Shown: positions 30,842 to 41,947, counted from the stretch's first letter. The stretch is DNA of 64,000 nucleotides from Opitutia bacterium (GCA_050506795.1 JBJHCF010000023.1:1-64000), one strand, 5' to 3'. Numbers and translations are program-made. Notes: generated by a model from the letters alone, not told the origin.

Positions 30842-32935
30842 ATGGATCCATTTATACCACATCTCACCTTCGCTGCGACGGTCGCTTGCGTCGCGTTGTT
30901 TTGTACCACCGTCGTTCGAAGCGACTCTCCCGTCGCGGTGCCGAACCCGGTGATCTACGACCTGGCCGACAGCGGCGTCATGCATTACAACGGAGAATAC
31001 TACATTATCGGAAACTGGATCGCCGGACATATGCTCTCCTCGGAAGACCTGCTCGAATGGGGCAACCGGACCCACGTGTTTTCCATGGACAATGAATGGG
31101 CGGTCGGGGCGGCGGGCCGGGACCGTGAAATCCACGCCTGCGACATCCACTATGTCGATGGCGTATTCCACCTCTATTGGTCGGTCAACCGGGCCGACAT
31201 CGTGCGCGCCATCGGTCACGCCACCAATACGGAGAGCCCCATGAGCTTCTACACCGAACCGGTCAGGGATCGTCCGTTCGCCGAAAAGATCGATCCTCAT
31301 CTCTTTATCGACGACGACGGGACGCCCTATTTCTACACCACGAAATTCCCCCCCGGTCTGGGCAACGTCATCTACGGCCAGCGGATGGAGGATCCGTGGA
31401 CTCTGGTCGGTGAGGATATCCGCCTGCTGACCCCCTCCCGCGGCACCTGGGAGACCCAGGACGCGGAAGTCAATGAAGCCCAATGGGTCATGAGGTACCG
31501 GGATTGGTATTACATGCTCTACAATGCGAATCACACCCGCTTTCCCGGCTACGCCATCGGGGTTGCCGCCCAGAACGAAGGGCCGCTCGCTTTTCGAAAC
31601 GCCCACAAATACCCGGAACCGGTGGTGGCGCAAATCGCCCGCAACGGGCACGAAATCACCCACACCGGACAACCCTCCGTCGTCCGCGGCCCCAATGGAT
31701 TCGAGTGGTGGGTGGCCTACTTCGCCAGCTACGATGGAGGGCGGCGCTCGATTGGCATCGATCGCGTGCTCTTCTTCGACCGGCAGTTGCACGTCGACGG
31801 GCCTACCAGCATCGCAACCGCAACCGAAAAAACCTACTCTCCGCCCCCCGCTCCCGCGACCCTGCGCGATCTCTTCAACCAGGGAACCTCCCTCGGCGAC
31901 CACTGGAATATCGTGGCGGGTGATTGGGAGGTGCACGAAGGACAGGCCCGACAAACCGATGGAGGAGCCGACCTGGGCTTGGCCTTCGCGCGGAGCGCTC
32001 CGGCCCGAAACTACCTGGTCGAAGCCAATGTCAGGATCCACGACGACGCCTCCGGACCTGCCGGCCTGGTTGCCTATTATGAAGATCCCGAGAACTGGCT
32101 GGCGGTTGCTCTCGACCCCCAATCCGGCGGCTGGCGTTATGCCAAAAGGATTAACGGGGAAGATTTCTCCGAGACGTATCCCCTCCCCGACTCCTACGAC
32201 TTTCATGTTTACCGAAACCTTCGGGTGGAAAAAAATCACGACCAATTCCGGGTCTGGATCGACGAGCGCCCGGCTCCTGGCAACCCGGTTATCGGTGCTA
32301 AATTCAAAGGCGCCGGCCTGCCGGGAATGATGACCCGCCAGTCACGCTCTGATTTTGACGGATTCATCTACACCATCGGCTGGGATGAATACGACGACCG
32401 GATCAACGGATGGGGAAGCGCCGCCGACGGTGAGGCCCCACAAGGATCCTGGGCCGTGGGAGCCGCGGGGATTACCGCCGACGGCGACGCCACGATCAAC
32501 CGGATCTTCAAAGGCGATCTCCTTCACGAATACGAATTCATGACGCAGGTCACACTGGACACCTCTCGGGATGACAACGACGACACCCGTATGGGAATTC
32601 TTGCTGTTTACGTCGATGCTGAAAACCACCTCGCCGCCACCATCGACGCGTCCAACAGTGAACTGGTCATTACTGGCTTGAAGGATGGGGAAAGCCTCGC
32701 CGAACAGCGGATATCGCTGCCCGAACCTAAATCAAGCTATAACCTCCGCGCCATCAAACGCGACGACGCCACCCGCATCTTCGTCGACGGAGTCCTTCAA
32801 GCAACAATCCCCGGCACCTGGGCTCCTTCTCAGGTCGGCCTGATAACGAAAAACGCCAAATCCTCCTTCAACGGCATCACCCACTTCAACCTCCGCCCCA
32901 TCCACAAAAGCGAGATGCCTGATAATCTCCCCTGA
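30842..32935 (+). CDS. GH43 family glycoside hydrolase with C-terminal ConA/lectin-like domains
   Basis: LADSGV (general base region), IDPHLFIDDDG, VNEAQW...YYMLYNAN and HTGQPSVV. ATG at 30842 gives a signal-peptide-like start. Confidence 0.85.
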   Translation: MDPFIPHLTFAATVACVALFCTTVVRSDSPVAVPNPVIYDLADSGVMHYNGEYYIIGNWIAGHMLSSEDLLEWGNRTHVFSMDNEWAVGAAGRDREIHACDIHYVDGVFHLYWSVNRADIVRAIGHATNTESPMSFYTEPVRDRPFAEKIDPHLFIDDDGTPYFYTTKFPPGLGNVIYGQRMEDPWTLVGEDIRLLTPSRGTWETQDAEVNEAQWVMRYRDWYYMLYNANHTRFPGYAIGVAAQNEGPLAFRNAHKYPEPVVAQIARNGHEITHTGQPSVVRGPNGFEWWVAYFASYDGGRRSIGIDRVLFFDRQLHVDGPTSIATATEKTYSPPPAPATLRDLFNQGTSLGDHWNIVAGDWEVHEGQARQTDGGADLGLAFARSAPARNYLVEANVRIHDDASGPAGLVAYYEDPENWLAVALDPQSGGWRYAKRINGEDFSETYPLPDSYDFHVYRNLRVEKNHDQFRVWIDERPAPGNPVIGAKFKGAGLPGMMTRQSRSDFDGFIYTIGWDEYDDRINGWGSAADGEAPQGSWAVGAAGITADGDATINRIFKGDLLHEYEFMTQVTLDTSRDDNDDTRMGILAVYVDAENHLAATIDASNSELVITGLKDGESLAEQRISLPEPKSSYNLRAIKRDDATRIFVDGVLQATIPGTWAPSQVGLITKNAKSSFNGITHFNLRPIHKSEMPDNLP

Positions 32936-32965
32936 TGATAATCCACCAAGGGGGCTAAGAAGCAT

Positions 32966-33149
32966 GGATCGCACTCGGTTAAGGCGGTGGATCAAAGGAC
33001 CTTAGCCTAATCGCATCGGTCGTCCCCTGAAGGGCAATGCTCCCGCATAGCCGGGTTTGTCCCGGCAACAGGTGATGCCACGATCCCCTCGCAACGCCGG
33101 CCACCGGGGTCATACCTTACGGCGGCAACGCGGGAGCGCCGCCCTCCAA
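32966..33149 (+). mobile_element. Left part of the IS4-type MITE family plus an uninterrupted REP (empty site)
   Basis: 32966-33054 is similar to 24245-24334. CGCGGGAGCGCCGCCCTCCA near 33130-33148 lacks the nested MITE. Confidence 0.7.
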
Positions 33150-33159
33150 TCCGAGAACA

Positions 33160-33600
33160 CCCATTCGCATGGCATGCCATCCTACGTCACCGAGAGCGAG
33201 TTCCTCCCCGGCGACGGAGCAATTCAGCCGGTCCGCGACTCTGAACAATCGACCGTACTCACCTCAGCTCCCGACCCCGATGCGCGGACGTGGTCAGCCA
33301 GACCCATTCTCACCGCCCTCGCTTGGATCTGGCTGACCGGCATGCTGGTGACGGCATTGCCATTGATTTCCGGTTGTGCCGCGATTCGCCGCCTGCTCCG
33401 CCAGTCGGTGCGTATCGAGAACGATCGGGAGTTCGAGGCTCTCAACGCTCTGCAAGCAACCCTTGGGTTCAACGGCAGCCTACGCCTGTACCGCGGTCCG
33501 GAAGGCACCATGCCGATGACTTGCGGATTCGGTTTATGGCGAGCGCCCGCCACACTGATCCCCGCGGAATCGCGGAGCTGGAGCGACAATCGATTGCGGA
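33160..33600 (+). pseudogene. Fragment of a BlaR1/peptidase M56 sensor
   Basis: LAWIWLTGMLV...IRRLLRQS...LRLYRG...PMTCGFGLWRAPATLIPAESRSWSDNRLR. Similarity stops just before the expected HExxH motif, and the N-terminal TM segments are missing. Confidence 0.7.
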
Positions 33601-33759
33601 CGGGTTTCCCTGCAGGAAGACTCTTAGCGTTTAGAAGGAGCCTCAGATTTCTATCGTCTGCTCCTCCGAGGACTTTTGGATTGCATCCAGAAAGCATTTG
33701 TCATTTTATCAAGACTCGATCGGGAATCCGTTGCCCTTTCAGTAAACGAGCTGAATCAA

Positions 33760-36700
33760 ATGATCAGATTGCTACTCCTCTCAACCATCCTGTTAATCGC
33801 CACACAAGGTTTCGTTTCGTCCGCGACTTCCGAATCCGATTCGAAAATTCTGTTTTTTGAGGATTTCGAGGCTGAGAACGCCCTCGACCGGTGGGCGATG
33901 GAGTCGACCGGGCAGGGGCGCGTCCGCATTGCCGAAGACCCGAGGGACGCTTCCAACCGCGGCCTGGTCATGGACGACGCCGTGAACGACGCGGTTTTTT
34001 CTCAAAACATCGCGCGAACCACGCTGCCGATCGCCGGCTTCACGGACGTACAGCTATCCGCGGATCTCTATTCTTTTAATAATCATGTCCACACGGTGGA
34101 AGGGTTTGATGGCATTGTGCTTCGCGCCGGTGAAGTCGTTCTCCGGTACAGCACCACCTGGGAAGTCGAGCAATCTTTTTCCATAGACGTCGATGAGGAG
34201 TTGCTCACCGCCGCTGCGGTTGGCGACGGGCTCCTGACCATCGAACTGCACCAATACGGAAATTTTTCGGTACCGCAAAACGGATTGTTTTTTGACAACA
34301 TCAAAGTCACAGGCAACCAGGTCCGGTCCATTTTCGTTGTGTCACCTCTCGTGACGCTGAAATCCGAGCCGCTGGAACTGACCGTCCTGCTCGATCCGGT
34401 TCCCGACGAGGATGTGGAGCTGACCCTTCTTCGGCAGGGAAGTCTCCATGGAACGGCGACGTATCCGGCGGAGGCGGAAATGACGACGCTGACTTTCCCC
34501 AATTTCGACAATAATACCCTGGATGGAGACCGCTTCTACGAGCTTGCGGTCACGGACGGGCGCTTTTCTTCGTCGCCTTTCTACATACTCGTCCAGGACG
34601 ACACTCCGGCCGGCCTCAGCCTGGTTCTCCCCGAGTCGGTCGTGGAGGGAGAAACCGGCACCGGAACCGCAACCGTAAGCGCGAATCGGGAGTCGTCGCT
34701 CACCGTCGCCTTGGAGAGTTCCGATCCGTCGATCGCTTCCGTGCCACCAACCGTAACCCTCCCGGCCCACAGTTCCTCGGTGAACTTCCCGATTACCACC
34801 CTTGAGGATCCGCGGGTGCTGGATGACCGAACGGTCACGATCACGGCGCGCGTCGGCGCCGATATTGTCGAACAGGAGATCTCGATCACGGAGGTCAACA
34901 CGCTGATGCCGGTCCTCAGTGGGCCGCAGGAACTGACTGAAGGGGACTCCGAAGTGGAGTTCACCTTTAGGCTGGACGGCATTTCCGACGAGGAGCTCAC
35001 CCTTGTTTTTTCCGCCGATCCGAGTGAGGTATCGATTGATCCGGAGAGCGTCATTGTCGCGCCGGGAGAACGAGAAGGTTTGGTGCAGGTCAGCGTCGAA
35101 GATGATTCGATTCTGCAGGGAGACCGACCCTTCACCCTCACGGTAACAACGACCAAAACCGGGGAGACGAGCACTTTGGGGGGAACGATCCTCGACAACA
35201 ATATTGCCGGGTTTGCTTTCTCAATACCGGAAATGATCGAGGCGGACAAGAACCTGAATCTGACTGTCCTGGCGGTCAACATTGACGGCAGCGTCGTTCC
35301 GGCCTTTGCCGGCAGCGCCAGTGTTTTCCTCAAAAACCGCGACAGCGAAGAGGAGGCATTGCTGGTGGAGGACCTTGTTTTCGCAGGAGGTGAAGCAACC
35401 ACCAACCTAACCCTTCCGTTCTCCTCCCGGGGTGAAGTGCTAGTGGTCAGATCGCACGAAAATGAGGTCGAGACCACCTCGGTGCCGCTCTCCATTTTTG
35501 CGAATCTTGCCTTCGCGGCCAATGACATCGTTTACGACCCCGAGCGCGATCGCCTTTATACGGTGAGCGGTGGAACCGCGATTTCCGGGCATCGGCACTC
35601 GCTGACGGTCATCGACCCGGATACCGCCGAGATCGGCGAGGCCTTGTTTATCGGCGGCGATCCGAGAAATCTGGTCATCACCGATAACCATGAATACGTC
35701 TACGCCGGACTATTCGATTCTTTCGCCGTCCAGCGCGTAAATCTCGATTCCTTTACGACCGCGGAAAAATTCACACTGGACGCGACCGGCAGTTGGGCGG
35801 GCCGTTCCTATACTCCGGCAACGATTCTCACCGTCCCCGGTCGGGCCCGCGATTTTGTGGTCGGTCAAGACGCAGTCGGGTCCACCTACACCACAACCCG
35901 GCTTTACCTTAACGGAGTGGTGCAGCCGCAAGATCGCCGGTCGAGGTTAATTGTCCCCGGCGGAGCGCCGGATGAGTTTTATGCCGTCGGATCCGATTTG
36001 AAGCGTATGGGCATAATATCCGATGGCGTCGCAGTTCGTGAATCGAAACGAAACTTCATGTCCGGCACCCTTATTGCCGGCCAGAATGACCTCCTGTTTT
36101 CGGATCGTGGGATGGTCGTCGATGGACTGAAGCTGGAAACGATCGCCGAGTTGCGCTTTCCTCCCGAATGGACCAGTTCCTTTAGCAGTCCTCAGGTAGT
36201 GGCGTATCCCGATGTTGATCGCTCGCGGGTGTATTATGCCCACGGAAACCAGATCGTTGCCTACGATACCGGTGTTTTTCAGAGCATAGCGTCAAAAACG
36301 ATTCCGGAAATCGGAAACATTTCTCGTATTATCCGCTGGGGCGACGTCGGTCTCGCCGTGCTCACCAGCGAAGCACAAGTGGTTCTGTTTGATGCCGAGG
36401 ACCTGGTACCGACCGGGCCGGCCACCGATCTTTCCGTAAGCATTACGGCCGCTCCCGACCCGGTGTTCCTTTCCGAATTGGTCGAATACACCGCGACAAT
36501 CGAAAACATCGGCGTCGAAATCGCCCGGGACACCCGGTTGCTCATCGAACTGAACGCAGGCCAACGCCTTGAGACTATTTCGGCCGGCACCTTCGGTTCC
36601 AGCAGTCACGGCCGGACGGTCACCATAGAAATCGGCGACATGGAACCCGGAAGCAGCCATCAGTTTTCCGTAACAGCCGAGGCGATCGAAGTTACGACCC

Positions 36701-38415
36701 TTATCGGAACAGCGGGGGCTCTAACCCGTTCACTCGACACCAACTACGCCAACAACCGGGCCTCCGTCGTGCTAAACGTCGGTTTTGATTCGGAGCCCGA
36801 GTCCGTCAACGTTGTAAAGATTCCGATCAATGAGGTTTTGCTTGAACCAGTCAGCGGTGATTTGGTTGTTTCGGTTCAATCAAACGCGCATCCCGGAATC
36901 GCGAACCATGTGTTGGCGATCGACCCAACCTCCGGCTTGATCACCCGCTCGATCCCTATTCCAGCCGAGCCTGGCCTCCTCGCGCTTTCCGACGACGGCA
37001 GCACCGTTTACGCCTTGAACAGAAACATCGGCTACCGGGTGGATCTCAATACCGGGGAAATTGTAGATACGATCACCTTCACGAGTTCGTTCGGAAGCGA
37101 CATTCCGCGAAGCATCGTTGTTAAGACCGGCACTTTGGACACACTCGTGGTGGGCTTTGATCGCAGGGCCGGGCTGTTTGTTGATGGAAATCGGATAGCA
37201 GAAATGGCAAATAATTCCCCAGAGGTTGTCCCGTTGCCTGAGCCGAACCAGATTTTCGCGTTCAACAGCTCATCGACCGGATTCCAATCCTACCTGCTGG
37301 AAATCGATGAGAACAGTCTGTCGGTGGCCTCTACCGCCAGCCTCTTCAGTGGCTTCAGCACCCGAATCAAAAGTGACGATTATTTTGTCTATGGCAGCGA
37401 CGGAAAAGGCGTGCGTGCGGATTTGATGACGCTCGACGGAACCTTTTCGTTCTCCGAAGCCTTCTCGGGGACGGTGGGCTCGTTAACCGCCTTCGCTCCC
37501 GACCGGGCTGGCCAACGAATCTATTACGCGCGCAACAAAGAGATCGCCTCCTTCGATACCGGGAGCTACCTGATGGTGCGGAAGGAGAGCTTCGATAATT
37601 TACCAGCCAACATCACCTCTCTGGAACGCTGGGGAGATGACGGATTTGCCGCCCGGCTTCAGAACGACGAACTGGCGATAATTCGCACGAACCTCGTTTC
37701 ACAAAAAGCATCGTCTATTGACCTCCTGGTCGATCTGCCGGACGGAAGCGAAGTGGGTGTACCGAACCTGAGAGTCAGCGGGAGTGCTTTCGGCGGCCAG
37801 GGTATAACAGGAGTCAGCGTTAATAGCCACGAGGCCACCACAACGAATGCTTACCTCCATTGGGAAGCCGTCGTGGGAGATCTGGCGGAAGGCGAAAACA
37901 TATTGACCATTACCGCCACCGATTCCAGCAACCCGCCGGCGACACGGACGATCACTCGCACCGTTTATTATAACCCGCACTTGGACAGTAACGGCGATGG
38001 ACTGGCGGACTCCTGGGTTGTCGAATATTTTGGAGACCTGGATTCCCCCCAGGCAAATCCATATCTGGATCTTTCGGGCGACGGACGGAACAATCTCACC
38101 GCCTATTTGTTCGGCACCAATCCCTTCGAACCGGACGCTCCATACCTTGAGATCAGCCGGAACCCCGGCCCGAACGAAGAGCTCCGGTTCTATCTGGAGT
38201 TCATCCACCGCGCCTCTCCCGATTGGGATTTTGTCGTCTACAGTTCAGGGGATCTCGACAACTGGATAAATTTCGCCGGTGAAATCGAGCAGGTAGGAGA
38301 ACCCGCCCCCATGGAAGGCACTACGAATTATGTCAGACGCACCTATCGTGTGACCCCGGAAAACGGAACCGGTATGGAATTCTTGCGGATTCAGGCTATT
38401 AGACAGACGCATTGA
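33760..38415 (+). CDS. Large secreted multidomain surface protein (Ig/Calx-beta-like repeats, two beta-propellers, DUF11-like, Ca-binding DxNGDG, terminal SxDLxxW...FLR module)
   Basis: Signal peptide; two paralogous propeller ends (IIRWGDVGLAV / LERWGDDGFAA); TDLSVSITAAPDPV...DTNYANN (DUF11-like); DSNGDGLADSW. Confidence 0.8.
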   Translation: MIRLLLLSTILLIATQGFVSSATSESDSKILFFEDFEAENALDRWAMESTGQGRVRIAEDPRDASNRGLVMDDAVNDAVFSQNIARTTLPIAGFTDVQLSADLYSFNNHVHTVEGFDGIVLRAGEVVLRYSTTWEVEQSFSIDVDEELLTAAAVGDGLLTIELHQYGNFSVPQNGLFFDNIKVTGNQVRSIFVVSPLVTLKSEPLELTVLLDPVPDEDVELTLLRQGSLHGTATYPAEAEMTTLTFPNFDNNTLDGDRFYELAVTDGRFSSSPFYILVQDDTPAGLSLVLPESVVEGETGTGTATVSANRESSLTVALESSDPSIASVPPTVTLPAHSSSVNFPITTLEDPRVLDDRTVTITARVGADIVEQEISITEVNTLMPVLSGPQELTEGDSEVEFTFRLDGISDEELTLVFSADPSEVSIDPESVIVAPGEREGLVQVSVEDDSILQGDRPFTLTVTTTKTGETSTLGGTILDNNIAGFAFSIPEMIEADKNLNLTVLAVNIDGSVVPAFAGSASVFLKNRDSEEEALLVEDLVFAGGEATTNLTLPFSSRGEVLVVRSHENEVETTSVPLSIFANLAFAANDIVYDPERDRLYTVSGGTAISGHRHSLTVIDPDTAEIGEALFIGGDPRNLVITDNHEYVYAGLFDSFAVQRVNLDSFTTAEKFTLDATGSWAGRSYTPATILTVPGRARDFVVGQDAVGSTYTTTRLYLNGVVQPQDRRSRLIVPGGAPDEFYAVGSDLKRMGIISDGVAVRESKRNFMSGTLIAGQNDLLFSDRGMVVDGLKLETIAELRFPPEWTSSFSSPQVVAYPDVDRSRVYYAHGNQIVAYDTGVFQSIASKTIPEIGNISRIIRWGDVGLAVLTSEAQVVLFDAEDLVPTGPATDLSVSITAAPDPVFLSELVEYTATIENIGVEIARDTRLLIELNAGQRLETISAGTFGSSSHGRTVTIEIGDMEPGSSHQFSVTAEAIEVTTLIGTAGALTRSLDTNYANNRASVVLNVGFDSEPESVNVVKIPINEVLLEPVSGDLVVSVQSNAHPGIANHVLAIDPTSGLITRSIPIPAEPGLLALSDDGSTVYALNRNIGYRVDLNTGEIVDTITFTSSFGSDIPRSIVVKTGTLDTLVVGFDRRAGLFVDGNRIAEMANNSPEVVPLPEPNQIFAFNSSSTGFQSYLLEIDENSLSVASTASLFSGFSTRIKSDDYFVYGSDGKGVRADLMTLDGTFSFSEAFSGTVGSLTAFAPDRAGQRIYYARNKEIASFDTGSYLMVRKESFDNLPANITSLERWGDDGFAARLQNDELAIIRTNLVSQKASSIDLLVDLPDGSEVGVPNLRVSGSAFGGQGITGVSVNSHEATTTNAYLHWEAVVGDLAEGENILTITATDSSNPPATRTITRTVYYNPHLDSNGDGLADSWVVEYFGDLDSPQANPYLDLSGDGRNNLTAYLFGTNPFEPDAPYLEISRNPGPNEELRFYLEFIHRASPDWDFVVYSSGDLDNWINFAGEIEQVGEPAPMEGTTNYVRRTYRVTPENGTGMEFLRIQAIRQTH

Positions 38416-38509
38416 TCGACTGAGGAATTCCCTGTTTTCGTGTTCGGGCCTCGTTTCTTTGTAAGTTCGTCGAAACTTATTGCACAACTCAGCAACTCCT
38501 GAAGTCAGG

Positions 38510-39412
38510 ATGAAACTCTCAATTGATCCCAAAGGTTTTCGTGTGCCGGCCTCCCGGGGAACGAGCAAACCACTCAACCTGGCGAAACAGCCGACCGGTA
38601 TCGATAAGCTGTACCAGTCCGGGAAAAACTACCGGAAACTGTTGAAAGATTCCACTGAGGAATTACACGACCTTCAGCGGATCCTGTACGCCCACGGCCG
38701 ATACGCGCTCCTGCTGGTTTTCCAGGGAATGGACACGGCGGGAAAAGACGGCGCCATTCGCCACGTGATGAGCGGCGTCAATCCGCAAGGTTGCCAGGTT
38801 CACAGCTTCAAGCAACCCAGTCAGGAGGAGTTGGCCCATGATTTCCTCTGGCGGACCACCAAAAGACTCCCCATGCGCGGCCATATCGGGATTTTCAACC
38901 GCTCCTATTATGAGGAAGTATTGATTGTAAAAGCCGTTCCTCCGGTCCTGGCGGCCCAGCCCCTGCCGAAGGAATGCGTCGGACACAAACACTTTTGGCG
39001 TGACCGGTACCGCGACATCGTTCAGTTCGAAGACTACCTTCACCGGAACGGGACTCGCATCCTTAAATTTTTCCTCCACGTCTCCAAGGAGGAGCAGCGG
39101 AAGCGACTGCTCTCCCGCGCCAAGGATGCCGAGAAACACTGGAAAATCAGCCCGGCCGACCTGGAGAGCCGGGCGCAATGGGACGCGTTTCAAATGGTCT
39201 ACGGCGAGTGCCTGCGACACACCTCCCATTCCGCGGCGCCCTGGTATGCCGTACCGGCCGACGACAAGCGCAACGCCCGATTGATCATCTCCCACATTCT
39301 TATTGAAACCCTCCGTTCGCTTCCGATCGCCTACCCAAAACCCGACAAGGCGCAATTGGCAGAGGTCGAACGGGTGAGAAAGGTTCTCATCGCTGAGGGT
39401 AAAACTCAATGA
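38510..39412 (+). CDS. ppk2: Polyphosphate kinase 2 family protein
   Basis: Walker A QGMDTAGKDG; SFKQPS..ELAHDFLWR, IFNRSYYEEV, KFFLHVSKEEQ and APWYAVPADDK. Confidence 0.95.
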   Translation: MKLSIDPKGFRVPASRGTSKPLNLAKQPTGIDKLYQSGKNYRKLLKDSTEELHDLQRILYAHGRYALLLVFQGMDTAGKDGAIRHVMSGVNPQGCQVHSFKQPSQEELAHDFLWRTTKRLPMRGHIGIFNRSYYEEVLIVKAVPPVLAAQPLPKECVGHKHFWRDRYRDIVQFEDYLHRNGTRILKFFLHVSKEEQRKRLLSRAKDAEKHWKISPADLESRAQWDAFQMVYGECLRHTSHSAAPWYAVPADDKRNARLIISHILIETLRSLPIAYPKPDKAQLAEVERVRKVLIAEGKTQ

Positions 39413-39571
39413 ACGATCTCGTAGATTTGGGTACGGAAAGCGTCGATTCATAAAGCCTTTCAGGTCGTTTGTTTAAATCTTGCCCAAACAAACACGTGAC
39501 GGTTAGAGTCGGCAGCGCCGTAAGAAAGAGGTTAATATCAATAAAGCTATATGCAGGCGAGCAGGTGAAAA

Positions 39572-41947
39572 ATGAGAATGATGAATAAGAGATCCACAAC
39601 ATACATCTGGTCTGCAGCCGCGGTGCTGCTGATATTGTCGTCGCTGGTGGCAGTATCGGAAGCCGAGGAGAACGGTTCGGGATCGAATGATAACATCAAG
39701 CCGTACGACGAGGTGGTTACCGACAAGTTCGAGACCAAACCGGGGCTGTTCTTCGCCCATACCGACGGTGAAAAGCTGCTTTACGAAATTCCGGCCCGGG
39801 AACTCGGTAAGGACATGTTGTGGATCACGCAGATTTCACAGACCCAGGCGGGGCATTCGTACGCGGGCATGCCGGTCCGCGACCGCACCGTTCGCTGGGA
39901 GCGGCGCGGCGACAACATCCTGCTGCGGGATGTGCGCTACACGATCCGTGCCGATGTCGATGATCCGATCGCAATTGCGGTCGAGCGCACCAGTGTCGCG
40001 CCAATTATCAAGGTCTTTCCCATCAAGGCCTGGGGCAAGGACAGGGCGCCGGTTATCGACGTGAGTGAGTTGTTTACGACGGAGGTGGCCGAATTCAGCG
40101 CCGCCAACCGGGTTGGAGGGAGTTCGATCGACAGCGGCCGGACATTCCTGGAACAAGTCAAATCGTTTCCCCGGAATATCGAAGTCAAGGTGCTGGCTAC
40201 GTTCAATATGGATCGCGGTCAGGGAGGCGCTTCCAGCGGCATTACGGCGATCGTTCACCACAGCATGACCAAACTGCCGGAGAACCCGATGACGCCGCGG
40301 AGGTGGGACAGCCGAGTCGGCTATTTCAACGTCCGCTTCCAGGACTTCGGCGACTCCTCGAATCACGAACTTGAAGATATCCGCTATATCACCCGCTGGC
40401 GGCTGGAGAAGAAGGACCCGGACGCCGAGTTATCCGAACCGGTGCAACCGATCGTGTGGTACGTCGGACCGGCCGTGCCGAATAAATGGCGACCGTATGT
40501 GCGGGCGGGGATTGAGATGTGGCAACCGGCTTTTGAAGCCGCCGGATTCAAGAACGCGATTATCGCAAAGGAACCGCCCGACCCGAGAGAGGACCCCGAT
40601 TGGGACCCCGAAGACGCCCGCTACAGCACCATTCGCTGGCTCCCTTCCTCAACCGCCAACGCCTTCGGTCCGCATGTCAACGACCCTCGAACCGGTGAAA
40701 TTCTCAACGCCGACGTCCGCATGTATCACAACGTGATGAAACTGGTCCGGGATTGGTATTTCGTCCAGGCATCGCCGAACGATGAAAGGGCACAGAAACT
40801 GCCGATGCCCGACGATTTGATGGGCGAGCTGATCCAGTTCGTCGTGGCGCACGAAGTCGGCCATTCGATCGGCCTGCCTCACAACATGAAAGCGTCCAGC
40901 GCCTACTCGATCGAACAGCTTCGCGATCCGGAATGGACCGCCAAGTACGGGACCGCCCCGTCGATTATGGACTATGCCCGGTTCAATTACGTGGCCCAAC
41001 CGGGGGACGGCGCCGCGCTGCTCCCCGCCGTCGGTCCCTACGATCACTTCGCGATCGAATGGGGCTACCGCCAGTTTCCCAAGGATGCCGACGACAAGGA
41101 AGAGTTGGAAAAGATTGTCGCCCGGCAGATCGACGAACCGATGTTTCGCTTCGGCAACGCATCGCCGGTCGAAGATCCGACCCGGCAAACCGAAGACCTC
41201 GGCGACGATGCGGTCGAAGCCACCCGGCTCGGCCTGGCTAATCTTAAAAGGGTGAGCGGTTACCTGGTCGAGGCGACCAGCAACCCCGGACAAGACTATT
41301 CGCTGCTGTCGAATATGTACGACCAGTTGCTCGGACAATGGTCGCGGGAAATGGCCCACGTGGCCAACGTCGTCGGTGGCGTCGAGGAGATCAACCTGTA
41401 TTTTGGCGATGCCGACCGCCGATATCATCCGATCGGCTCGGACAAGCAGCGCGAAGCTGTCCAATTCCTGCTCGAGAATGCCTTGGCGACTCCCAGCGAA
41501 GCGTTTGTTTCCGAAGACATCCTGTTGCGCCTGGAAGCGGCCGGTTCTCCTGACCGGATGTTATCCAGACAGGCAAGTTTGCTGCGGTTGCTGCTGCATC
41601 AAAACCGAATCAAGCGGATGGCGGAACTGGCCGAACGCAACGGCGACACCTATACGTCACATGAATTGTTTCGCGACATCACCGACGGGCTGTGGTCGGA
41701 GTTGAACGGTGATCAACCTTCTATCGACGTCTATCGGCGCAATTTGCAACGGACCCATGTCGGGTTCCTCGCGTCGCTGATCGAAAATCCCGCCGCGGAC
41801 ACCGACGCCCCGGCCCTGGCCCGACTCGAACTCGAGGTCATTCGGGATCAAGTGAACGAGCGGAACGGCTCCGCCGCCAACGAAATCACCGAAGCCCACC
41901 TGCGGGACATCGCGGCCCGGATCGAACGGGCGTTGAACGGCGATTGA
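39572..41947 (+). CDS. Zinc-dependent metalloprotease (DUF5117/DUF5118/DUF4953-type)
   Basis: Signal peptide; metzincin motif HEVGHSIGLPHN, Met-turn SIMDY, DSRVGYF and DPRTGEIL. Confidence 0.92.
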   Translation: MRMMNKRSTTYIWSAAAVLLILSSLVAVSEAEENGSGSNDNIKPYDEVVTDKFETKPGLFFAHTDGEKLLYEIPARELGKDMLWITQISQTQAGHSYAGMPVRDRTVRWERRGDNILLRDVRYTIRADVDDPIAIAVERTSVAPIIKVFPIKAWGKDRAPVIDVSELFTTEVAEFSAANRVGGSSIDSGRTFLEQVKSFPRNIEVKVLATFNMDRGQGGASSGITAIVHHSMTKLPENPMTPRRWDSRVGYFNVRFQDFGDSSNHELEDIRYITRWRLEKKDPDAELSEPVQPIVWYVGPAVPNKWRPYVRAGIEMWQPAFEAAGFKNAIIAKEPPDPREDPDWDPEDARYSTIRWLPSSTANAFGPHVNDPRTGEILNADVRMYHNVMKLVRDWYFVQASPNDERAQKLPMPDDLMGELIQFVVAHEVGHSIGLPHNMKASSAYSIEQLRDPEWTAKYGTAPSIMDYARFNYVAQPGDGAALLPAVGPYDHFAIEWGYRQFPKDADDKEELEKIVARQIDEPMFRFGNASPVEDPTRQTEDLGDDAVEATRLGLANLKRVSGYLVEATSNPGQDYSLLSNMYDQLLGQWSREMAHVANVVGGVEEINLYFGDADRRYHPIGSDKQREAVQFLLENALATPSEAFVSEDILLRLEAAGSPDRMLSRQASLLRLLLHQNRIKRMAELAERNGDTYTSHELFRDITDGLWSELNGDQPSIDVYRRNLQRTHVGFLASLIENPAADTDAPALARLELEVIRDQVNERNGSAANEITEAHLRDIAARIERALNGD

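Noticed and set aside
14510..32245. Long antisense ORFs (14510-15994, 18152-19168, 20414-21334, 21567-23576, 30812-32245)
   Set aside because: These are shadow frames of well-supported GC-rich genes on the opposite strand and carry no recognisable motifs.
33057..33860. 267-aa ORF as an intact protein
   Set aside because: It begins in MITE/REP sequence, lacks the M56 HExxH motif, and runs out of frame into the next gene. Treated as a fragment.
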